This document shows positions 38,304 through 51,390 of a DNA stretch of 64,000 nt, one piece after another (position 1 is the first letter of the stretch; each line of letters begins with the position of its first letter). This DNA is from Paraspadella gotoi (taxonomy: Eukaryota; Animalia; Chaetognatha), in NCBI GenBank assembly GCA_051294375.1, contig CM119268.1, positions 23,389,502-23,453,501 on the forward strand, read 5' to 3'. Below the pieces are notes generated by a model. It was given only the letters and a program-made list of their open reading frames with translations. It was not told the DNA's origin and ran no database searches. Position numbers and translations under genes: made by a program.

Positions 38304-39211
38304 CTGTATTTGTCACACTATCAATTTTTTGATATTAAATAAACTACTCATTTTTTGATATTAAATAAACTACTCATTTTTTGATATTAAATAAACTACT
38401 CATTTTTTAATATTAAATAAACTTCTCATTTTTTCCCTTTAAAAATATAAACTCATCTATTGCTCAACATCCATAGGATTAAATTTTCCTTAAAAAGCCA
38501 TAGTTTATCTGATATAGGTATTCTTTTACCAGATTATACCGCCGATGTAATTGACGGCAATATTCTAATATTAAGTTTCATGTAAATCACACCATGATAT
38601 AGAAAATATATAAAAAAAAACTTCAAAAAAATCCAACCCTTCGATTATGATGGAATATTCTAATTTCCGGTGAAAACTCACTTTACCCAGATAATTTGTT
38701 ATCAATGATGGAATATAATTTAAAAAGAAAAATGTGATCTCTTCAGACAAATCAGAAAGTCTTTTCTTAAAACGGAACATACAGTAATCACGTTTATAAG
38801 TTTCAAAGTAAAAAAATCCCCTTTATTTTTATGAAAAAATGAGGGTTTAAAAATTTCCAGAGCAGAGTAGTCCTTTTCCCTTAACTCCTTTATTATCAAA
38901 AAGTTGGTAATTATCTAGAGAAAAAAAAATAAGTGCCCGTCATATGCATTTTTCCCCAAGGACATTTATAAAGTTTGATAGTCAGGTTGAATGAAAATCT
39001 CGATTTAACCCCAACAACTAATNNNNNNNNNNNNNNNNNNNNNNNNNGCTCGATTTAACCCCATACAACTAATCCTTAACCCTTAACACTGACCTAATCT
39101 TAATCCTTAATCTAAATTCTAATCTCATCCCCAAGTCTAACCTCTCACCTAATGAAATGGGGAGTTTTGAGAAAATAAGGCCCAAAAACCCACTTGTCTT
39201 CTTCCCCCTCA

Positions 39212-42080
39212 AGACATGTTCAAGTGACATCACGGGCGACGTCTTCCTCCCGAATCTCCCTCAAACTCTTCCAACAGGCCGTCGACTCCTACAGCGAAAT
39301 CGCTCAACGTCTTGAAGAGGATGAAGAAAAAATAGAGAAACCAAAGATGGCGCTGATTTATCCTTGGCGGAAATATTGGTCGGTTTATCTGTCTTTATTC
39401 TCCGTACCGGGGGCCCTGTCCGTCTCTCTGGCTCAATCGGTTAAAGTATATAAAGTATATAAAAATAATATAATGTGATGGAGGCCTCAAAACCACCAAA
39501 GCTGTCCAAAGTCAGGGGCAAGATAGCTTAATTATTAAATGAATGGATAATTTTTATATTGGTTGTACCAATTCATAAAAAGTAATACAAAAAATTCATT
39601 TAATAAATAAGACTTTGGTCAGGCTGTGGTGGTTTAGGTCTCAATCATCTTAACAAGATAACAAATTTGCAGGTCCTTATTTCATTCCAGAAGTTAACCA
39701 TTCAATGAGGTCTCTTATTTCAATAAGGCTGATGTATATTTTTGGCCCTTAAGTTTACCTTTTTAACCTTCTGCTTATCCATTAAGTCGACTGTACTTTT
39801 ATTGTTGTGATCTTCACTCGTAGACTCTCTGATCGGGGGTCCGTCGTCTCGCCCAACCATAACGATTATGACCGGAACAAGATATTCAAGTCTATTTTAT
39901 GAATCAACCAATCATCAATCATCACTAGGTTGAAGGATGTGCAAGATCCCGAAATGTCAACGATTATCGGAATGATGCATCGATTTTGAGAGACGATTGC
40001 GAAGACGTACGTGAGAGGACGAATGACATTTGGCAATCAGTAAGAACGATATCAATTGACTGCTTGCTGTGCTTAATTGTTGATTGATTGATAAAATTCT
40101 AAATATTTTTTGGTTGCTTAATGCAGCCCTGAAAACTTTTCGGATAGCTGCAAGAGGAATCATTATGCAAGAAACAGACGATGAGAGAACCACATATTCT
40201 TTTGTGGTTATTCTTCAGTGAGAGACTCATTGATTTTAATTGGTTGTTTGAATTGATTTTCCTGTTTAGCTAATTAGCCGATGTACCTATCCTCGCCTCC
40301 GAGATGAAGCTGTCGAACTTTGCCAACTCATCGAGGATTCATGGAGAAGCTGGAGTGAGGAAGTCAAGTCGTCATCCTTAAGGGTGGAAGTATTTGAAGG
40401 GCGATCTTCTTTTGGTGGGAAATCAATGGGTGGAGCAGGATGAATATTGCTTTCACCTCAGATTAAATCCATTTGACTGATCAAATCTTGGCTCAAGCAC
40501 ATTCCTTTTTCAACCTCACATTAAATCCAATTTGATCTGACGGAATCTTTGCTCAAGCACTTCTCCTTCTTCACCTCAGATTAAACCATGCTTGACGGAC
40601 AAATTCTTTGCTCAAACACTTCATTTTTTCACCTCAGATTAAATCCCAGTTACCTGATGAATCTTCGCTTAAGCGCTTCCTTTTCACCTCAGATTAAATC
40701 CATGTGACTGACAAATATTTGCTCAAGCGCTTCTTCCTAAAACCTTCAGATTTAAATCCATGTTAAAATGACAATCTTGCGCTCAAACACTTCCTTTTTT
40801 CACCTCAGATTAAAATCCCAGTGAACTGATGAATTCTTCGCTGAAGCACCTCCTTCAATTGGTGGAGAACTTCAGTCTTTGCGAGATCAAAAATCTTCGT
40901 CCTTGGATCGAGAAAAATGAAAATCCAAAGTTATTTCTTGCGCGACCAAGATTTCCAATGTTGTGTTGTTGTTTTTATTGCTTTCGAGTTATTTTTTTTT
41001 CATTCCATCGATAACTTTGTCTCTCAGTAATGACTCGATAGCTTCAGTAAACAATAAAGACATAGCTCGTTGGTTTTTAAACTGTCATGGAAAGCGCTGA
41101 GGAGCTGCGTACTCCTAAAGCGAGTAAAAAGCCAAGGGGTTAGGAAAATCATTCATCAGCTCGCTTGGCGCGATATTCCCCAAAAAGATGTTAAAATTGT
41201 TGTTTTTTTTTCTCTTCTTGTCTGAATGTTTTTGTCTAAAATTTCAGTATATAACTTTGTTTTTACACGGTCATTGTATGATGTTGATTGTTTTTGTTTT
41301 AAAAATTATTTGCTCTTTATTTACTTTGTTGTTTGTGAATGTTGCTTGTTGAAGTGTTATTTGTTCACAGGAGTGGTCGTATTCTTAAACCTGTTTTTTA
41401 TCACGTGGTCGTTTTAATTTTATGTTTTCAAAAAGTGTTTTATTATTATTAATGTCATTGTAGAGAGTTTTCCTCTTACGCTCTCGAAATCAAAACGTTT
41501 AGATGTCGCCCGGTCCAAAGATCTCAAAGATGAGTTATTAGAAGAATAACGAAATTGTATGAGTTTTCAAAGTTTTTATTATGAGACACATTTAAACGTG
41601 AAAATCTTCAAAATGCTCGTAGAAATGCTGTCTTCGGGGCGAGCGTTGTTTCTTCTTTGGTCATTTAAACGAAACTAAAAAGTACCCCGGAGTTTTCACA
41701 AGAAAAAGTTGACCTTAAAATATTTGACAAAACGCTCGAATTATGAGAAAGCGAAGACATGACCTTTTCAACAGTCATAATCTCAACCCAACCTTAACGA
41801 CCTAGAGTGCGCGTCGTCCGGCTGATTTTGACGGCAAGATGACGAAATCCAAAGGCCGAGTATTTCGTCGTCGTCACTCCTCCAACTCCCCCTACGACAA
41901 CAACAACAACACGCGGCGAACCTTTCCAAGAGAAATCTGCGCCGAATCTTCGACATCCAACACAACAACAACGACGAGGCTTTTGGTTTGAGAGTCATTG
42001 ACGCCTGTTCGTTTTATGTCGCCATCAAAAAGAGAAGACGATGGTGGAGATCGGAGAACGAATTTGTTAATCGGCTTCAG
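39212..42080 (+). pseudogene. Gene X, inverted indel-rich copy C
   Basis: Reverse complement of copy B with many indels. Confidence 0.6.
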
Positions 42081-43333
42081 GTGAGGTTTAGGTAGTAGTA
42101 GGTGGAGTGATAAAAGATTAAGACGAACTGGTTAACAATATTATAATATGTATATGTAATTAAAGAAACAAATGTCGTTTTAAAAAAATTATTTAGCATA
42201 ACAGTATAGCAAATTGAATTTTCTTTCTAGCTAATATCCTTAGAAAATCATAAAATCTTAAAGATTTTCGAGATTTTCATTCAAACCTGACTATCAAACT
42301 TTATAAACGTCCTTGGGGAAAAATGCATATGAAGGGCACTTATTTTTTTTCCTCTTAGATAATTAACCAACTTTTTGATAATAAAGGAGTTAAGGGAAAA
42401 GGACTACTCTGCTCTGGAGAATTTTTCCACCCTCATTTTTTCATAAAAATAAAAGGGATTTTTTTACTTTTGAAACTTTATAAACGTGATTACTGTATGT
42501 TCCGTTTTAAGAAAAGACTTTCTGATTTGTCTGAAGAGATCACATTTTTCTTTTTTAAATTATATTCCATCATTTTGATAACAAATTATCTGGGTAAAGT
42601 GAGTTTTCAACCGGAAATTAGAAATATTCCATCATAATCGAAGGGTTGGATTTTTTTGAAGTTTTTTTTTTATATATTTTCTATATGCATGGTGTGATTT
42701 ACATGAAACTTAATATTAAGAATATTGCCGTCAATTTACATCGGCCGGTATAATCTGGTAAAAGAATACCTATATCAGATAAACCTATGGCTTTTTAAGG
42801 AAAATTTTAATCCTATGGGATGTTGAGGCAATAGATGAGTTTATATTTTTAAAGGGAAAAAATGAGAAGTTTATTTAATATAAAAAATGAGTAGTTTATT
42901 TATATCAAAATGAGTAGTTTATTTAATATCAAAAAATGAGTAGTTTATTTAATATCAAAAATTGATAGTGTGACAAATACAGTTTTTAGTTTGCGCGCCG
43001 CGAGGTCTCGGGAGCGATCTATAAAGTCACTTTTTGGTCGGTCGGTCCGTCGGTATAATCTGTCTGTCAGTTCGTCCCACTTACGTTAAAAACGCTTATA
43101 ACTTGCCTATAGTTTGTTGCTCATTTGTTAAAATCAATCTAAGCGACTACTGACGCCGGGCCTTTTGTTTTTAAAGAAAAGATAAATAAAAAAAGAGTAA
43201 TGCGGCGGCAACACCTTAGAATAACCATTCCTTAGATTCCTAAACTAATCATACTTTTTTAAAGGGATTATGGGTGAAAGGGAAGGAAAGGATCGAGTGG
43301 TTTTTTTTCTCAGTCTACCCTTTTCCTCAACAG

Positions 43334-43601
43334 GTCCTCTCCCCCCCCCGTCTCTTCTCTCTCACCCGTATCATCCTGCTTCGCAAAGAGTGTCCCAACA
43401 ACTTTGTCGATTCCTTCGACGATCGAGTTGAAGATCCATCCCAGATCGTCTCCTTCCGCCGTATGCTTGCGTCTCGCTTCGAAGGTTCTGCGTCGGAGCG
43501 CCATCTCAGAGTCGGCGCCGAAGCGAAGTCCGACGACGACGTCGGTGGCCGGGGTGGAGGGAGGAAGGGAGAAGGTGACGTTGGTGAGACATTCCGGCTG
43601 A
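43334..43601 (+). CDS. Terminal exon Y (SOCS/BC-box-like start); a degenerate copy also lies at 32263-32557
   Basis: Polypyrimidine-CAG acceptor; VLSPPRLFSLTRIILLRKECPNNFVDSFDDRVEDPSQIVSFRRMLASRF..; AATAAA about 65 nt after the stop. Confidence 0.5.
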
Positions 43602-44819
43602 ATTGAGGTTTGAAAAAGGTGGAATGAAAATTGGTATAAACGATATTACATTTCAACCATTCATTTCAATAAACGTATATTCAGTAGGGTGGAGTGATGA
43701 AAAGATTAACCGAGTTAATAATATTTTTTTTTCTGCCTCTGCGTATGTAATTAAAGAAAACAGTATCCTTTAAANNNNNNNNNNNNNNNNNNNNNNNNNN
43801 NNNNNNNNNNNNNNNNNNNNNNNNNNNNNNNNNNNNNNNNNNNNNNNNNNNNNNNNNNNNNNNNNNNNNNNNNNNNNNNNNNNNNNNNNNNNNNNNNNNN
43901 NNNNNNNNNNNNNNNNNNNNNNNNNNNNNNNNNNNNNNNNNNNNNNNNNNNNNNNNNNNNNNNNNNNNNNNNNNNNNNNNNNNNNNNNNNNNNNNNNNNN
44001 NNNNNNNNNNNNNNNNNNNNNNNNNNNNNNNNNNNNNNNNNNNNNNNNNNNNNNNNNNNNNNNNNNNNNNNNNNNNNNNNNNNNNNNNNNNNNNNNNNNN
44101 NNNNNNNNAATTGACTCAAACAAAATTTTTGTTCTCAAGTACTCCACTCTAATATTCATTGCAATCTGGCCCCGGCGCGCTAATTTCTCATCAACCTCTT
44201 TATTGCACCTTTCATTAATTTTCCCCTTCACACTCACACCAAACAGTTAGGAGTCCCTGGGTACTATTAAACCTGATTGAAAGCTTGCAAGGGCTTGCCT
44301 TAACCCACCATAGCCTGTCCAAAAGGCAGGAGGCAAGATAGCTTATTTATCAAATCAATGGGTAATTTGCAAGGGCTTGCCTTAACCCACCATAGCCTGT
44401 CCAAAAAGCAGGAGGCAAGATAGCTTATTTATCAAATCAATGGATAATTTTTTTAAATATCGGTTGTAAGGATTTCATCACCTGCAAAAGGACGCATCTC
44501 GTGGTCGATCTGTACTTGAGTTTCACGACAGACGATTTCTCCGTCTTTTTCCTGATTATTTTATGACGACCCTTGCTCTGGCTTTTCCACAAACCCCACA
44601 TGGCCGACTGTGTCACGCGGACTTTGAATCCCCATGCGGTCGTGTCACGCTTGAGACGTTTTAAGGCCGATATCTGTCACGGGTTAAGACTCTTAAGAGT
44701 TGTTTGTCACGCGTGAGACGACGTCGAGTTGACATCTGTCACGGCCTTATTATTTTTCCAAAAAAGCGCAATTTAATCCTAAGTTCGAAATAAAGTTAGA
44801 CTTAAAATTTAAATATTAG

Positions 44820-45125
44820 ATTAGAGGGGAGGGTTAAGGATTAGGTAATGGATTAAGGTTAGAGATTGAGTTAGTGATTAAGGTAAGAGTAATGGATCAG
44901 GTAATGGATTAAGGTTAGAGATTGTGTTAGTGATTAAAGTTAGAGTAATGGATTAGGTAATGGATTAAGGTTAGAGATTGTGTTAGTGATTAAAGTTAGA
45001 GTAATGGATTAGGTAATGGATTAAGGTTAGAGATTGAGTTAATGATTAAGGTTAGAGTTAGCGACGAGGGTTTAAACAAGGTTAGAGATTTGGGTTATAG
45101 GTTCGGCATTAGTTTAGGGTTAAAT
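44820..45125. repeat. Degenerate TTAGGG-like hexamers arranged as a 56-bp minisatellite (x4)
   Basis: aggtaatgg at 44843, 44899, 44955 and 45011; similar tracts near 31020-31110, 37385-37455 and 39070-39150. Confidence 0.75.
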
Positions 45126-45446
45126 ATAAGTGCATAAATTAAGTTCAAAGTCTAAGTAATGAAATATAGCGCTTTTAGAAAACAGAGCCTCATAATGTGC
45201 CAACTGTAATAACGCTGGTCTCATGATAAACTTGGGTCGATCTCCATTTAAACGTTCTTCCACTCTCTGTCTTTTGCACTCGAAGGTCTGTCTGTCTGCT
45301 GTCTTCTGTCTGTCTGCTGTCTGTCTGGTTTGTCCTCATTTGTCTTCACTCCTCTGTCTTTGCCCCTTTTAGGTCTGTCTGTCTTTCTGTCTGGTCTGTC
45401 TGTTTGTCCTCATTGTTCTTCCACCCTCTGTCTTTGCACCTTGAAG

Positions 45447-45478
<32 letters not shown>

Positions 45479-45506
45479 TTCAATCCTCTGTCTCTGCACC
45501 TTGAAG

Positions 45507-45694
45507 GAACTTCCTCTGCAGGGAACATGATCCACTTTCGTCAGCGTCTTTTCGTCCCAGACTTCAGGTCCCTGGACGATCTTCTCCGAGCGGCGATCGT
45601 AAAGATCACCGAGGCGGAAGAGGTGACCGTCTGTGTCGATCCATTCCGCAGTCGTGGAGGCTGTGTCAAGTGGGAGGGGGGGGCGGAGAAATGA
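45507..45694 (+). CDS. Candidate exon of an unknown gene
   Basis: GC-rich open frame NMIHFRQRLFVPDFRSLDDLLRAAIVKITEAEEVTVCVDPFRSRGGCVKWEGG after pyrimidine-rich acceptors. Confidence 0.45.
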
Positions 45695-46556
45695 GGTGAA
45701 GCGGTTCATCGGTTAATCGGTTATTTCAATAATTGGATAAAAGGTGTTAAATTTTAAAGTTTGTTTTGCCATTTTTTTATTTTAAAAAATAAAACGCGTG
45801 GATATAATATATGAAAAATTCGTCAACTTGTTTTACTATATTAGACTGGATTAAACTAAATTTTAAAACAAGTATCTAATAGGTTATTTAAATAAATGTT
45901 TTATCGCGGGAAATGGATTGATCAAGTAGCTGGTTTCGTTTGTCTCGCTTGTTGTCTTCGGGTTATTTCAATAATTTGGAAAAAAAAATCAGAGAGCTCT
46001 CGGGCTTACCTATTGTATTGTAATAAAACATGTTTATAAAAGATCATCATATCCTAAACATTAATTCTTCACCTGGTATTAAAATGATCAACAAAAATCC
46101 AATGTAATTCGCGCCAAAAAATAATTTCGGTTTCATCGTGAAAATAAAAACAAATAAAAAATATAACCTTGAAAAATATTCATAAAAATAGAAATAAAAA
46201 TATTCCCAGATATTTTGAATCCCTACGACGGTCAACTAAGAACGAGTTGGAAAACGAGAATGAAGAATTAATGGATAATTAGAATATAAACATACGAACA
46301 TACGTAAATGGACCGAGCAGACAACAAATTATTCTACCCAATATCCTCTTTATCATTTTTGACGAGTTAATTACTCTTGTTATTCAACAATACAATTTCT
46401 CTTTTATTGTTTCTTTATAAATAAAACGAATTTGTTTTCCGCCTCAGATTAAAAATAAAACGATTTACGGAAATGAAGGAGATCGGAAAAAAAATATACG
46501 AGTGAAACTGGAAAACTAGGTAGTATGGTGGACTAAAATCCACCAACCGTTCATCA

Positions 46557-46720
46557 GCGGCCATTGGTGCCGGAGGCAAGTCATTTGCCTCCCAACCCAA
46601 AGGTCCGGGGTTCTCGCCCGGTGGCCGCCTAGCAGTTAAGAGGGACGGGGCGCTTAACCCGCCTGTAACACGGTGTTACAGCCTGATCCGAAGCTCAGGG
46701 ACGGTTCTGTCACTAAAACA
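46557..46720 (+). mobile_element. tRNA-derived (Gly-CCC-like) SINE or tRNA pseudogene with a structured tail
   Basis: Acceptor stem GCGGCCA/TGGCCGC, CTCCCAA loop, CCGGG-gttctcg-CCCGG T-arm with a degenerate B box; a ~90-nt hairpin-rich body follows. Confidence 0.6.
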
Positions 46721-47989
46721 TAACAATATTTACTATCTCTTCAGTAGGGTTATTCCAAGGTGTTGCACAGCATTAACTTTATTTGACCTCGTTCGCATAA
46801 TGAAATGGTAAAGAGATTGGAACAGTACACAAAACACAGTACATCTCTAGATAATAAATGACTTATGGCACTTCTCGTTCGTAGGATCGTAGTTCAAAAT
46901 GACCTCGTGACTATACAAATAAGTTTATAAGAGATGAAATAGACATATTTATTTCACCATTTATTTAGAAGACTTTGAGGGAAAAATCAACGGACAGAGA
47001 GACGGACCAATTGACTGACCGACCATCAGAGTGGCTTTTCGAGTTATGGATGCGCAACTAAAAAAATTTAATTGATAAAACTATGAAAAAATTAATATAA
47101 AAGATGACATGAAAAATAATTAATCTGAATTCGACCTAATTTATGTCGTTCCGAAAGACATAAATCGTCTAAACGCAATCTCTACTTATAAACCGATTGG
47201 CGCGCGAGAGAGAGAGAGAGAGAGACACGCTTTGATGCGCAATATCTTTTTTTTTTTCAAATTTCATTCCAGGTGCGAGTTTATTCCTTCTCTCTCCGCG
47301 GTTTTTAAAAATTAGGGAAAACAATTTAAAAAAGAGAAATAGAATAAAAATCAATTTCTAATCTTAAATGAAATCGTAACTTTTTGGAAAATAAGGCAAT
47401 TGACTTTACATTGATAAAGAGAAACAAATAGATTGATGTATTCAGTCCCTCTTCATCCTCCTCTTCCTCCTCCTCTTCTTCTTCCTCCTCCTCCTCTCTT
47501 TCCTTTACTATATTTAAATGTTTTTCTATTTTCAATTTCTTAGAAATGCTTCTCAAGCCTTTTTTTTTCTCCTGATAAGACTTGAGTCACGTGACCTTTC
47601 CTTTTTTTTTGTCCAATCTCTTTGCGTCAAGCCGCTTGTCATAGAAGATGAAGGAAAGGAGAGAGAGAGAGATGGGGAGAGAGAGAGGAAAAGAGAGAGA
47701 GAAATAGAGGGAGAGAGAGAGGGAGAGAGATGGGGAAGGAGAGAGGTAGAGAGAGAGAGAAAAAGAGGAAGACAGAGAGTGAAAGAGATGGAGGGAAGGA
47801 GACTCACTAGGTCAAAGAAAGAAGGAGAAAAAGAGAAGGCGAAGAGAGAAAAAGAAAAAAGAAAAAAAAAGGACAAAAAGAAAGAAAAAAGAAAACCAAT
47901 GTCCACAAATTTCACTTTTATTCGGGTCTTCCCAGTCGATAAAAAAAGAATTGCCACAAGATGGCAGGATTAAAAAATGGCATTAAATT

Positions 47990-48690
47990 CTGAGACCAGA
48001 AGTGACTTTTGATTGGCGACTTTTGATTGGCGACTTTTGATTGGCGACTTTTGATTGGCGACGCCATTAAGGAGAACGAGGAGAACGGCGAAGGGAAAAC
48101 AGAGGTTGCTTGAGTTGAAGGAGAACGACGCCGGGTCAGACCGTGTCAAACCGAGTCATGTCAGGTCAGACAGGGTCAGCTGAGGTCAGACCGGGTCAGG
48201 TCAGAACCGCCCATTTCAATTTTTGAGCATTGCTCTGGGTATCAAGACTATTTCTTCCTATTCTCCCTTTCCTATCTTTTCTTTTTTCTCCTTCTTCTCT
48301 TTTCTTTCCTCTCCCTTTCCTCTCTTCCTCCCTCTCCTCCCTTCCTCTTTCCTTTCCTCTATTCCTCCTTTCTTTCCTTCATCCTCTTCCTCCTCTTCCT
48401 CCTCCTCTTCCTCCCCCGAGAGTCTTATCTGAGGTCAAGGGTCGAATTTTCTTTCGATTTTTGTCAATCGACGTCAAACTGCGTCATAAAAAGACGAAAG
48501 TTGGCGCAGAATGGTACTTTGTGGCGTAAATGTAGCAAAGGGGTCAAAATCTCGTTTCCTTTGACGTAAATAGGCATCGCTAATCACGCGCCAATCGAGC
48601 GCCAATCGCGCGCCAATCTTCCGCCAAACGCGCGCCAGTCGCTTCGCCATCTCAAATGCGCCTCAGTGAAAAAAAATGGCGCCTAAAAAT
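47990..48690. promoter_or_regulatory. Promoter-like CpG-rich motif cluster
   Basis: 4 x 14-bp GACTTTTGATTGGC, repeated GGTCAG, three GCGCCAAT (CCAAT/E2F-like), TGACGTAA, and AAAATGGCG (YY1-like). Confidence 0.5.
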
Positions 48691-48769
48691 ACCATCTGTC
48701 GGATTTTGGGTTCAGTGATGATGATTTATTGAGGTCCTCGCCTGAAGAAGAAGAGAAATATGGAAAAGG

Positions 48770-49090
48770 AGATAAGACGACGACGACGACGACGACGACG
48801 ACGAAGATGAAAATGACGATGACGACGACGATGATGATGACGACGATGATGAAGACGAAAATGACGACGACGACGACGTCGATGACGATGATGAAGATGA
48901 TGAGGATGAAGACCGCAGAAGAAGAAGAGAAATATGGAAAAGGAGATAAGACGACGATGATGACGATGACGACGACAATGATGATGACGATGATGACGAC
49001 AATGACGATGACGTCAATAATGACGAAGATGATGATGACTATGATGATTATAATGGCGACAACGATGACGACGACGACGACAAAGAAGAC
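48770..49090. repeat. (GAC/GAT)n trinucleotide repeat with an internal duplication
   Basis: Direct inspection; gaagaagaagagaaatatggaaaaggagataag occurs twice. Confidence 0.9.
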
Positions 49091-49160
49091 GATTGAAGAA
49101 GAAGTTAAAAAAAAGATGAGAATAAAACAGAAAAGTTTATTGTGAAAAAAAGAGAGAGAA

Positions 49161-49191
<31 letters not shown>

Positions 49192-49318
49192 TTTCGACCT
49201 AAGACAATTGATACCGAGCAAGGATCGAACGCTTGACCTTCTGCTTCTCACGTCGCCATTTTCTCGTTAATCTTGTTTTCCTCGACATTCGACAGTGAAT
49301 CTTCTTCTGTATTGCCTC

Positions 49319-49355
<37 letters not shown>

Positions 49356-50069
49356 CAACTTGCTGGTTCTTTATCTTTCAATTTTCAAACAAAAAACCAG
49401 CGTAAATATTTCTGTTCATCCTCTTAGATATTATGAATTCTCATTACTAACTTTCTAAATTTTCTATGAGAATAGTCAGACAGATTGTAGTCTAACCTTA
49501 TGTTGTATAGATGATGACAACACTGACCTCCCCTCCCTAAAATTAAATATTAGATATAAAGATAATTAAATAATTTAGATTGAACATTAATATTATAAAA
49601 TAGAAAAATAGAAAATAGTAAAACAAGTAATTTTGCAAATTTTCTTTTCATTTATTTTATTTTATTATTTTATTATTTTATTTTTTATTATTTTATTTAT
49701 TTATTATAGTAAAAGAAGTAATTTTGCAAATTTTCATTTTATTTATTTATTTGATTTTTTTATTTTTTAATTTTATTTTATTTTTTTGTTATTTTGTTAT
49801 TTTATTTTATTTTTTTAATTTATATTTAAAATGTTTACCATTGTGTTTGAGCTGCCAACACGCCGCCACGAGCGTCAATATATTTATTATTTAATATTTA
49901 TCCATCAATAAATTTAATCTTCAGCATTTAATCTATTTAATAAACATTATTTGATACATATGTATTTATTATTTAAATTTTAATCTATTAAATGTTTAAT
50001 ATTCAATATATTGAAAACTTTAAAATATTTAATATTTAATCTCTTTAATAGGTTGGTCGGTCAGTATGT

Positions 50070-50285
50070 CATTCAGTCCATTGGTCGGTCATTCTGTCTG
50101 TCTAACCCTCCTTCTATCCTTCAGTTTGTTGGTCGGTCATTCTGTCTGTCGAACCCTCCTTCTATCCTTCAGTTTGTTGGTCGGTCATTCTGTCTGTCGA
50201 ACCCTCCTTCTATCCTTCAGTTTGTTGGTCGGTCATTTTGTCTGTCGAACCCTCCTTCTATCCTTCAGTTTGTTGGTCGGTCAGT
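50070..50285. repeat. 4 x 48-bp minisatellite
   Basis: gttggtcggtcattctgtctgtcgaaccctccttctatccttcagttt units. Confidence 0.9.
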
Positions 50286-50748
50286 CTGTCCTTCTCGGTC
50301 GATTTTTTAGCCGTATCATGGGTTTCGAAAGTCTAACCCCTCCTCCCATCAGAAAAAACTATGTTTCGAGTTTGTTTTCTGTTTTGGCGAAACGAGTTTT
50401 GTTTTATGGTTATGAGTTTCGTTGGAGGAGGAAGACAAAGAAGAGGAGAAAAAGAAAGAAAACAAAATATAAAAAGGAATCAAGATAATAGATATTAAAC
50501 AAACAAACAAATATTAAATAAATAAATAAATAAAAAAGAAAGAAAGAAAAAAATTAAGATAATATATATTTAGAAATAAATAAAGAAAAAAAATGAAATT
50601 AAGAAAGAAAAAAGGATAGAAGGAGAGAAAGAAAAAAGGATAGAAAGAAAGACCAATAGATAAAAATGAAAGAAGGAAAGAAATAAAGAAGGAAAAAGTT
50701 CCTTTTATGGTTCGTAAAACCTCTTTGTAGCTCGTTGGCCTCAAACAG

Positions 50749-50782
<34 letters not shown>

Positions 50783-51323
50783 AGTCTGTCTGATAACCTT
50801 CAACATTTTTTTTTATTCAAAAAAAAAAAAAATTAGGTAAAGATTATGAAATTAGAAAAAAGAAAATATGCCACTTCATTGATTGGGAGGTCAAGTACTC
50901 TGGGTGTGAATAAACAAGACTGAGAACTGTCTTGATTGAAAGCTTGCCGGAACCTGCTTCAGTAGCATCCGTTAAGAATTTATGAGATGGCAAGCTCTAT
51001 AACTAGAATACAATTATGGTTATCAGAAAATATCGGATGCTACTGAAATTGGTACAACCAATGTCATTATGTCAATATCATTATGTCATTATATTGTAAG
51101 GGTGATGGTGTTCGCGCCTGGTGACCGAGCGTTTTGTCTGTTACCATGGTGTCGCAAACACAAACCATCACGCTTATCCCTTACTCTTTCCACTCTCTCT
51201 CTCTCTCTCTTCCGCCCACTCTCCTAGTCTCTTCCTCTCTATCTTTCTCCGCGACCACAAAGGAGTCGAGACAAAACGGGGAAAACACAAACTTCTTTGT
51301 TTTCTATTAACCTCGAAAGCGAT

Positions 51324-51390
<67 letters not shown>

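Larger units (their letters stand above)
26938..43774. repeat. Segmental duplication/inversion complex: A 26938-33039, B 33434-37455, inverted Y block 37460-39022, inverted X block 39048-42260, Y block 42265-43774
   Basis: Near-identical kilobase blocks in direct and reverse orientation, separated by N gaps. Confidence 0.9.

Noticed and set aside
44820-45125. True telomere or telomeric fusion
   Set aside because: Hexamers are highly degenerate, interstitial and organised as a 56-bp minisatellite.
47326-49458. Low-complexity ORFs (poly-E/R, S, T/M)
   Set aside because: Microsatellite translations without convincing splice or start context.
51141-51154. RFX X-box-like GTTACCATGGTGTC
   Set aside because: Single imperfect site with no linked first exon identified.
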